Assembly: GCF_009914755.1 (NCBI RefSeq)
Contig: NC_060925.1
DNA length: 64,000 nt
Source of the DNA: the human T2T-CHM13v2.0 reference genome, Homo sapiens
Direction: 5' to 3' (one strand)
The notes below the pieces were generated by a model that was not told where the DNA came from, searched no databases, and worked only from the letters and a program-made list of their open reading frames with translations. The first letter of the stretch is position 1, and the number at the start of each line of letters is the position of its first letter. This document shows, in pieces, positions 54,533-64,000 of the stretch. The position numbers were made by a program, and so were the translations under genes.

Positions 54533-55100
54533 TACTCAGATTTTGTATCTTACTGTCTAAATTTTTAGACTGTCACATCACATAATACATGCAAAAGGAC
54601 TTTCTGAAAACCCTTTGTGAGACAGTACCTTTGGTAGAGGTGCTTATGGTTTTGTTTTGGAGATCTACTCACACTCCTGAAACCGAGACTATAGACAGAA
54701 TATGATTGGAATGCCCAGCAGCACTGTCAGAGTCCACTTTTAAATTTCCTGTGATCATTTGCAAGAAGCGAAGCTCCAAAGCTCCTTCTAGATAGGTAGT
54801 GAACACAGTCAAGGACTTACAGAGCCTGGCATAGTGTTTGCCTTTGCAAACTGAATCCTCTCCCCTTGGTGAAGTTGCCTTTGAGCACCTTGACTCATAA
54901 GCAGGTCTTGGCTGACATCTGTAAGCATTGCAGAGACAGTGAGAAGGACTTGGCAAAATGAATTTTATGGTTAAGAATGAGGGAGACCTGCTTCCTATGA
55001 AGCAGGTGAGAGAGTGTATCACCAGCCAAATTATTTCTGGCCAAGGTGACTGAAGAACCAAGGATCCTGTTTTCTCTCTCTCTCTTTATTGCTTGCTCGC

Positions 55101-55204
55101 TCTCCCTCTCTCTCTCTCTGTGTGTGTGTGTGTGTTAAAAATCCATGGATATGTTAATATACATATATATTTTTAACATATATATATAATATATGTTAAA
55201 AATC
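55101..55204. repeat. (CT)n(GT)n microsatellite followed by AT-rich palindromes
   Basis: atccatggat palindrome at 55141-55150; 15-bp inverted repeat at 55169-55203. Confidence 0.93.
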
Positions 55205-58200
55205 AGGTATTTTCAAACATCCAGGGATTCTTTAGGGAGCTACACATTTTTGTGAAAACAGACTGCTAAATGTGTGAGGAGCATCTGATGGCCCCAGCCC
55301 TTCCCCTGGACTCTGAGGAAGTAATTCTATTCCTTCTGTTTCTGAAGTATAGCCTCAGGTTTAGGGCTGGCTGGTCCCTTCATGAGATGCCCACTCTGCT
55401 GTTGCAGACTTCTGGCTTCCCCTTCTTGGATACTCAGTGACCAGGACAGAGATATATAGGGTTAGGAGGCAGTTTGGGAAGTTGGGAAAAAGGAAGCACT
55501 GGGGTGTCAGGAGATGATTAGAAATGAGGCTGCTGATCTGTCAGCAGCTTTCCAACTTCTCATCGATGTTCTTACTCATGTCTTCCATTGAGTGTTCACT
55601 CCTGGCTCCTGTTGGATGCTTTTCCCAGCTTCCCCTTCCTGGACCTCACTGACTGGCACGGCACATTAAGTTCCAAGGCCACTATTCCAAAACAAGGTCC
55701 CAAGGCTCTATTTGTGAAACCCCAGACACTTTCCCCTGGCCTTTCCAGTCTGCAGGTGGTGTTCCAGGACTTGCATTGTTTTGTTCCCTGAAAGGTCAAG
55801 TCCTGTAGGGCTTCATCTGTCCAGGCTGGTGGGGCTCTGGCTGGCAAAGCAAATGCATCAGATCAGCCTGGCCATATTCAGGGAGGGCCAGGCCCGTTGG
55901 CACAGACTGCAGGGCTGGCATGGGCTTTGTGGGAGGCTGGTCTGAGCCACAGACGGTGGCACCAGCAGTCTTGTTTGTTCTTCAGCCCCTGGCAAAGCCT
56001 GAGCAGATTGGATTCCTGTCCTGTGGAACACAGATGCTTCCTCCAGAGCTCACCTGCCCAGGCAGTGCTCCACCTTGGAGCAGCACCGTCAGTTTGGGAA
56101 AAAGGAGGATTTGTCCCTGAGAGCCCCTTCTCTTCTCCATTCTTGTGGTTACTCCATTATCTCTCCTCTGTCCAAATTCATTTTCTCACCCCTCAGTGAA
56201 CACAATAACATGTTGTCCAAGCAAAGCATAATTGCCATATAAACAAATGGCTTAATGATAATAAATATTCAAGCATTTTCAGATACTTGATTTCCTTTTA
56301 TTTTCCTAGTTTCCAACATAATTGCAAGTTAATTTTAATTTTTCTATTGGAAAGGGTATGGGACATCTGACCAGCAGGCAGGTGGGGAAGATGCAGAGTG
56401 TGTCCAACCCAAGAGTCCTTATAAATAGCACTCAGGCAGTTCTGGCAGCCGTGATGGAACCTGGAGGCCTATTTCCTGCCTCTCTTGTCCATCTTCATTT
56501 TGAAGGACTCCAGAGCATTCCACCAGCTATTGTAAGGAGCACCTGTGTTGTCACCATCATTGAGGTTTTGGGAGAAATCATTTGGTCATGCTTTTTCATG
56601 CAGTGACTGTGCCCCACAGACCCTGTAAGAGCCATTGGGAACTATGTGCATGGTGATTGAATTAGAGACCTGTTTCCAGTTCTAAAGAGAAAGTTCAGTT
56701 GCACTTTTGAGTTCTTAAGACGAAGGTATTAAAAGGCATGGCCAAGCCTGCCAAAATACTAACTGTAGAAATAGATAAGGTTTCAGATACACAAGCAAGG
56801 AGCTGGCTGGGTGCCTCTTGCTATGCTCGGGTAAGAAATCATGATTAATAAAGGCCACAGAGAGAGTGAAACCAACAGGGAGGTGGACAAAGCAAGAAAG
56901 AGAGATATGGTCAACTACAACATTCTTCCAGAAATATAAGACATTTAAGGTTATGGCATAGCAGGCAATATGTTCTCTAAAACCAGGACTGGGGAGAATG
57001 ATGTAGTGTTTTGCAGAGGTAGGTACTTGATATTTCTGCTTTGATTTTATTGTTAGAAAAGAGAAGTATATGGGGCATATGAAAGTGATATACTGTAAGA
57101 GACCAAAGAACAATAAAAGAGTTGAGGTCCAACCTGTCTAGGGTAGGTTTTGCCCTCTTCTGGGTGTTTCTGGGACTCTTCAGCCTTTAACTTCCACCTG
57201 AGTGCATCAGACACACTCTTCTGTACTCCTTTGGCCGGCAGGAGCAGCCTGATTTTAGTGACTCGTTCAGAAGGGAGGTGCAGCTGGAAGGTTGTGTTTA
57301 TTAAAGCCCAAGTGACTGGAGGTAAATGCAGGTGTGGTCAGGAAATGTAGCTGGTTCACCTCTCAGTAGGCACAAGGCCAAAGTCAGCCGACTTGCAGAT
57401 TGTAATGCCGGTTCTCCCACCCAGAGGTTATTTGAGTTCATCCAGCACTGCAGCTGAGCAGAATGCTGCAGTCAGGGTGACACAATGCAAACTGGAGCCA
57501 TGTCCTCAAGTGCATGCCAATCAAACCAACTTTAACCTTCGCTGGTTTGTGGCTGCTGACCTAGAGAGGAATTTGTTATATGGCTGAGGTCCTGTCCTAC
57601 CTAAGCCAGTCTCCAGTGCAAAAAAAAAATCCTGTCAGATGCGCCTCTTCTTCTCTGTCTCCATCTCCCTCTCTGCCTCCCGTTTCCCCTTTACTCTTTA
57701 CTGTTAGTTGGCCTGGGGTTCCTGGGCTGAAGTGGAGTTTCCTCCTGTCTCCGTGTGTTTGCTGCTCTGGTTTGCTCTTCTTCCAGGGCCCCTTGGTAAA
57801 AGAAGAGCTGCTGACAGGGTAGAGTGGAGGTGGGGAAGTGACCACCAGACTGGGAGTGATGTAGGTTGTGGTCATCAATGATGTAGGTTGCTGTCACCAG
57901 GACACTCAAATCAGCTGTGACCAGAGCCTGCAATGACAACGTGAAGAAGGATCTCTTACCTCAGTTAGTGAGGTCCTATTCTTGTAGAGACAAGAATGTT
58001 TCTTGTGGAAACAGATAGCCAAGAAGTATCAACAATAACTCTGTACAGTGGAATAGAAGATCTGAGATTTTAGTGAAAAGGATAGACTCAGGACAGTAGG
58101 AAGCTCTGAGTTGAGTTTGTAACATCAGAATATTAAAAGGCACAGTGAAGAGAAGGTTCTGGATTTCTAATGAGATTTCCAAAGTAGGCTATGTTTTTAT

Positions 58201-58702
58201 CTCATTAGGATGGATTAAGTTCATGCCTATCAATGCTAACTGTAGAAATAATTAGGTTTCAGATGCACTGTCAAGGTGTTAGGTGCCTTTTTCCAGGCTT
58301 GAGTGGCAACATGGTAGGAGAAGGTCTTGAGTATAAAAGGTCCCGGAGAAGGGATGTGGGTGGGCTTTGGGTCTTGTGTATCTTAATTTTTAATCTGTAG
58401 CCCAGATGTTTGATTGGAGAGCTTGCAAGTGAAGTTTGCTAGGCGGTGATAGTAAGATGGGAATCAGATGAAAATGGTTTTAATAAACTGGAGAAGTGCT
58501 CAAAATGAAGTTCACTGAGGAAAATGTAGAATTATACCACCAGTTATGAATAGCTACACAAGTGTTAAGAGATGGCTATGAATGAACAAATGTACCAGAA
58601 AGAGCTGAGATTGAGGATGACGCCAACATCCATCAGCAGTATGGGTCTGTGGTTGGAGCATCCCTGTCTAGAACTACAAATAAGAGTTCAAAACACAGGG
58701 GT

Positions 58703-58765
58703 TGTCACTATATACCCCATGAATATGTACAATTATTTGTCAATTAAAAATATAATTAAATAAAA
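58703..58765 (+). mobile_element. Very short L1MA 3' terminus
   Basis: 'cactatataccccatgaatatgtacaattatttgtcaattaaaaat'. Confidence 0.7.
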
Positions 58766-59308
58766 CTTAACAAATACATGGTTTTTGAGGCCATATCTTT
58801 TCTAGATGTGCCAAAATCTTCAGGCTAGCAGGGCTGTGGGTAGACTTGTAGACTGACTCACAGATAAAGGAAATTTGAAATTGAACTTTTAGAGAGTAAT
58901 TGAGAATTCATAATTATCTTTCAGTGTGTAAAAAACCCTGATGTGAAGATTGGTTCCAGCTGTTAGTCTTTGCTGAGGATGGAATGTAGTTTCTGTAGCC
59001 TTTGATGAGACACTAGGAATACTTGCCTGACCGTGGAAGTCATTAAATGATAGAATGAGTTATTGAGGGAAGGTTCTGATTTTTTATGGGATATTCCAAA
59101 TAGGCTATGTTTTCATCTCATGAGGGTAGCTAGCTGATGGCTGAGAAGTGGTATAGACTATTCAGAGTCCCGTTTCTAACCCAGAGATTGCCTGAGACAT
59201 CCACCTGCTTTTACATCCCCCGAGGTGCTCCCTGCCCCCAGGAGCTATTCCCCACACCTGTCTGGGGACCTTTTTTCCAGGCATGGGCTAGCTGGGTCTG
59301 TATAGATG

Positions 59309-59358
59309 CACTGATCTCATCAGATTGCACTTTCTTTTTGTTTTCTTCTTTCTTGCAG
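59309..59358 (+). promoter_or_regulatory. 3' splice site: candidate branch point (ctgat/ctcat), polypyrimidine tract and CAG acceptor
   Basis: cactgatctcat...ctttctttttgttttcttctttcttgcag directly before the exon. Confidence 0.9.
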
Positions 59359-59451
59359 TATGAGTTTAAAGCCAAGAACATCAAGAAGAAGAAAGTGAGC
59401 ATTATGGTTTCAGTGGATGGAGTGAAAGTGATTCTGAAGAAGAAGAAAAAG
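59359..59451 (+). CDS. NOS1AP: NOS1AP (CAPON) internal coding exon (exon 3), 31 codons of the PTB/PID domain: [31 protein letters not shown]
   Basis: The translation matches the NOS1AP N-terminal PTB-domain segment as I recognise it (follows ...AMRRIR, precedes LLLLQKKEW...). It is flanked by a long pyrimidine tract + TGCAG acceptor (ends 59358) and an AAG|GTAAGT donor (59452). Length 93 nt, phase 0-0. Confidence 0.97.
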
Positions 59452-60484
59452 GTAAGTGGCTCTGAACCAGAATCTGAGGTGAAGAGGAAAGCAGGGGAGG
59501 TAGGCATGGGGTACCTTCTTCTTCTGGGCCCACCTCCAGAGAGAATCCCTCCCTTATCTGGCAAGCTCTTCTGCTTTGAGCAGCAATGGTGCTGACAGGC
59601 TGCAGCAGAGTGTAGGGCGAGGCGAGGCCAAAGGCCTAGTCACCAGTTGGCTCAGTCAGTCCTGGTACCCCAGGTGATGGGAGTCACCTCCTGTCATCCA
59701 TGCCTTCAACCCCCCTCCCCATTTTCATACCTTTATCTTTGAGTTTTGAGTCCTGATGGTAGAAAATATTTTCAATTTTAGTAAGAATAGCAGGGTTCAG
59801 TGGGATTGGGCAGCGAGAGGAGGCTTCCTCAGCAGCTGTCCCCTTCGATTGCAGGACCATCCTTCAGTCCCACCCCAGGTGCCATGCAGCCCCCTCCGTT
59901 GTATGTCCTTGCATCCTCCTGTTGCAGCCTATATTTACATCGTCCCTCAAGACCCAGCCACTGCTGCTGCTCCGTGTGCAGGGATGGTGGGGTGTGGCCA
60001 GGTCGGGAGGATGGGCAGGGGGATTGATCCATTCAGCGTGAGTTGGGGAGAGACAAGCAAGTGAGCATATGTTGTTTAAACACTTGTCTGTTTTGTGCCA
60101 GTTGTATGTGGTTGTGGCAGGTAACATTAACCCCTTGGAAAGGCTAGATTCGTATGGTGGGAGGATGGGAGGATGTGTGTTTTCAAAAAGAAACAGAAAA
60201 GAGCTTGGCTGATTGAGTATATATAAGGAGCCCTTTTTGTCCCTGTTTCTCAATTCTGCTGATGTTTTTATTTTTTATTTATGATGCCTTTGTTTTACAT
60301 TTATTGATGGTAGCACCATATCATAGTCCTCCATAGACCTCCTGAGCTTATTTTGGTTCCAAATCTCAGTCGCTCTTAATTCAACTGGGACTTAAAGCAG
60401 ACCTTGAATGTCGGGGCTAGAGGGAGAGAGTGTGGAGGTTATGGAAGCAAAGACAAATGAATCATAGTAGGCAACATAAATTTG

Positions 60485-60700
60485 AAGAACCATATAGCTG
60501 AGAGAGATCTTAAAGGGGACTTGTCATATCAATCCAAGGGCTTAAATCTTGTTTATAATGTCCGTACAAGGGGCATTGTCCAGTGTATGATTGGACACCT
60601 GTAGCAATGGGAAATTTACTACTTCCTGAGGCAGCCCCTTTCCTCTCTGGATGTTTACAAAGGTCTCTTACGTATTAATCCAAAACTTGTTCTTTCATGC
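60485..60700 (-). mobile_element. L3/CR1 fragment
   Basis: 'tgggaaatttactacttcctgaggcagccc' resembles the conserved L3 3' motif. Confidence 0.65.
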
Positions 60701-61200
60701 TCCCTCAATACTTTCATTGGTGGTTTTAGAAAGTGTTTTATGGCTATGATGCTGCAAGTATGTAGAAAAAAGATATACTGTTTATAAAGAACCACCTTCT
60801 TCAAAATTCACAAGTATAGGGAATTAAATATCTTTGGCTTTGTAAACCTTTGCTGTGTGCATGGGCCCCATCTTGTTCTTCCTTTGGGGACATCTGTTTT
60901 GCTTCTTCTCCTCTCACATGTATGTACAGAGTGGACAGTCACGGGACAGTCTTTAGAGTATTGTCCTCTTGGAGTTCCTGAGCAGGACATCAAGCTGAGG
61001 CCTGTCAAGCCCTGGGCCTGTTAAAGAAATCGTGGATGATGACAATATGAATTTGAGCAAAAGATATCCTCAGAGGAAAAAAATGGGCTAATTTTGTCAC
61101 ATGTGTAAGATTGCTTTCCTCAGCAATCTGTGGCTGACACTCCCAGAATCTTCCCACCACCCCACTACACATCCACTTCTGACTGACATATCTTTGTTTG

Positions 61201-61323
61201 CCTTTCTTTCCTTCCTTCCTTCCTTTCCTTCCTTCCTTCCTTCCTTCCTTCCTTCCTTCCTTCCTTCCTTCCTTCCTTCCTTCCTTCCCTTCCTTCCTTC
61301 TTCCTTCTTTCTTTCTTTCTTCT
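61201..61323. repeat. (CCTT)n/(CTTT)n tetranucleotide repeat in an Alu tail
   Basis: Read directly. Confidence 0.96.
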
Positions 61324-61781
<458 letters not shown>

Positions 61782-62779
61782 TGTTGACTTTCGATTAGGT
61801 TAAATGTAAACACCTACTGTCCTAGGGGCTGCTCTGTCCCTTTCAGGTATCTTCATACACCTCTGTTGTTGTCCATCATGGGGCAACTTCATAGTTTTGC
61901 CCTTAGAGCACAGTCTTGTTTCTCACCTCACTGTCTCTCCCATGTACCTTTACCACGTGTGGTGGCTTCCCCATTGTGCATGTGAGAAAACTGAGGTTGG
62001 ATCTCATGACACAGTGTGTGCTGAGGTATCACCTGGAGAGAAGCCTCCCTGCCTCCACTAAGCACATGAAAGCCAGGCTGGAGTAGCATCTCCCTGAGGG
62101 AGTGTATGGGACCTCGTGACTCACTTTGAAACTACGTCCTGGGTAATCTCCAGTGTGGCTTCATCGTCCTGCTGGCCCAGAAAAAAAGATGGTCTAGCAG
62201 GTCTTTCCTAGATCTAACTCTTCTGATGCCAGGCTTGGGAAAAGGGAGCTGCCCATCTTGTTTCCTGCACCCACACTTAGTGTCCGTTCCAGGGCCGTGG
62301 CTGTGATTTGAATAATGCCTTTAACCACGGGGTTCATTTTACACAATCTCTGACAGATGAATGCACATTAACAGCAATCAGCCTTTTTGTCATCTTGTTC
62401 TCATATGACAGTTCTCTGGTATCTTAATGCTACCACCACACTCAGACACATGCACACTTTCTCTCTCTGCTTATAGAATTGAGAGAGGTGAGAGTAGACA
62501 TGCTATTGTGTAAATGCACAATTTTCTCCAAGGAAATGGAATACTTGGCAAATGTCACTGATCACCATCATGATTAGGTTAAGAACTAGAGCTCTTTGCC
62601 AAGTAGCTGTAGGTGTAGAGAGAGCCATAGCCTATATTCAGCCGTGAGGCAATGGTTCCATGTACAGCCTGACATTGCCCACTGATTCGTTGGTGCTTGT
62701 GCCAGGCTAGTGGGTAAAAACATTGAATAGCCCTCTCCTCCCACAATTAGCTTGTTGATTTTCACTAGGTTAGTGTGAC

Positions 62780-62925
62780 AAGCTGGGAGGGACCCTCACC
62801 CCAGATGAGAAGACCTGGGTTTCAGTCCTGGCTCTACCCTTCTTGGCCTGTGGTTCTAAGCATGTTATTTTGCCTCTCTCAGCTTCAACTGTGAAGAGTT
62901 CAATTAGGTGATCACTTTAACTTTT
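62780..62925 (+). mobile_element. MIR fragment
   Basis: 'gaagacctgggtttcagtcctggctct...gcctctctcagcttc'. Confidence 0.7.
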
Positions 62926-64000
62926 CTAGCTCGGATACTCTGTGCCAGCTCTGGAACCATGCTTTTTGGTGTTTGTGTGTATATATAGGTCACCTGTATG
63001 TATTTAGGTCTTTGAGAATCTACTGGACTATCAAAAAAAAAAAAACCCACAAAAGACAGCCCCTGGAGTCTGAGTGGGTCACTATGTTGTTGTTTCCCAA
63101 TCTTCTAGAGCAGGAGGGGACCCTCTGAGGTCCAACATCTCTGAGGCAGCCATCCCAGCCTCCTCTCTCTCCCAGCCTGTCTGTAACTGGTGAATGGTGA
63201 TGTGTTTCCTGGCTGAGAACTGTGTTTACAGTAAGTCTCTGCCCTCCAGTGAACTTTTTAAGGGCAGGAGCCATCTTTGTAAGCCCAGCACTTGCCTGGG
63301 CACCAGACACATGTAGTATGTTTTCAGTAATCGTGGCTGTTCACTAGCTGCTTGATTGAACATTATTTGTGTGTAATAATGTCATTAAATTATGAGAAAA
63401 TAAATACTTAGCAATTGGATCAAATGAAGTCTAGTTTGTTACCTTTATCATGTTGTCCTCCCTCTTTTTCTTCCTGTCAATCTGCCAGTTTAAAAGGAAA
63501 AAAAAAAAGGATGAGATCCTTTCTCAAATATAGGAAGGCTTCCATAAAAATTGCTAATTCCATAGTATTAATTGTAGGATTTGTTCAGGTGACTGTAATC
63601 TTCAGGTGCATTATACTAGTGTAGGCAGTGGCCAAATATATTCAACTTTCATTGAGTTGTAAAAAACATCTTTTTGGTTATAATAACAAATATCTAAAAA
63701 TGCTGTCATCTTGAACTGACGCCAACAGATAATGAATCTCAAATTCTTTATGAATCTTAGGTTGAATTTGTGATGTAAACCCAGTTACTAAGATAATTAG
63801 CTGTACTTTGATGTCTCTCAACCAGTACATTTTCTTCAACTCGCATCTAGGCTCAAGTAATTATCTTTTCCATGTATATGTAATGATTAGTTATTATAAT
63901 ACTGGAATCACGCTATAGCACCATTTGCTAGGGAGTGGAATCCTGAATAAGAAAGACTAGTCTTGAACTTCATCCAAGGGATTTTTCTAATAAAGGACCC

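Noticed and set aside
59137-59595. 152-aa ORF containing the NOS1AP peptide
   Set aside because: Only 59359-59451 is coding; the rest is in-frame intron read-through across clear splice signals.

Overview
Human (primate) genomic DNA from inside the NOS1AP (CAPON) gene, which runs on the + strand. The only coding sequence is a 93-nt, phase-0/phase-0 exon at 59359-59451 ([31 protein letters not shown], part of the PTB domain; recognised as exon 3). Everything upstream is the distal part of the very long preceding intron, and 59452-64000 is the next intron. The introns are a typical mosaic of Alu, MIR, L1, L2, L3, MaLR/ERV LTRs and hAT/Mariner MITEs, with several nested insertions; repeat family names and edges were assigned by eye and are approximate. 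No prokaryotic-type system, CRISPR array or recognisable RNA gene is present. The main points of interest are: (1) a perfect 33-bp-arm hairpin at 7592-7669 with pri-miRNA-like geometry in apparently unique DNA, plus five smaller perfect inverted repeats that look like template-switch products; (2) a very young AluYa5 right monomer inserted in the linker of an older Alu 2 kb downstream of the exon; (3) an SRF/MEF2/AP-1/GATA motif cluster at about 22.3-22.8 kb; (4) an unexplained 221-bp insert with target-site-like flanks in an old L1; (5) an Alu-tail pentanucleotide repeat that switches motif; (6) an ancient local duplication just upstream of the exon.
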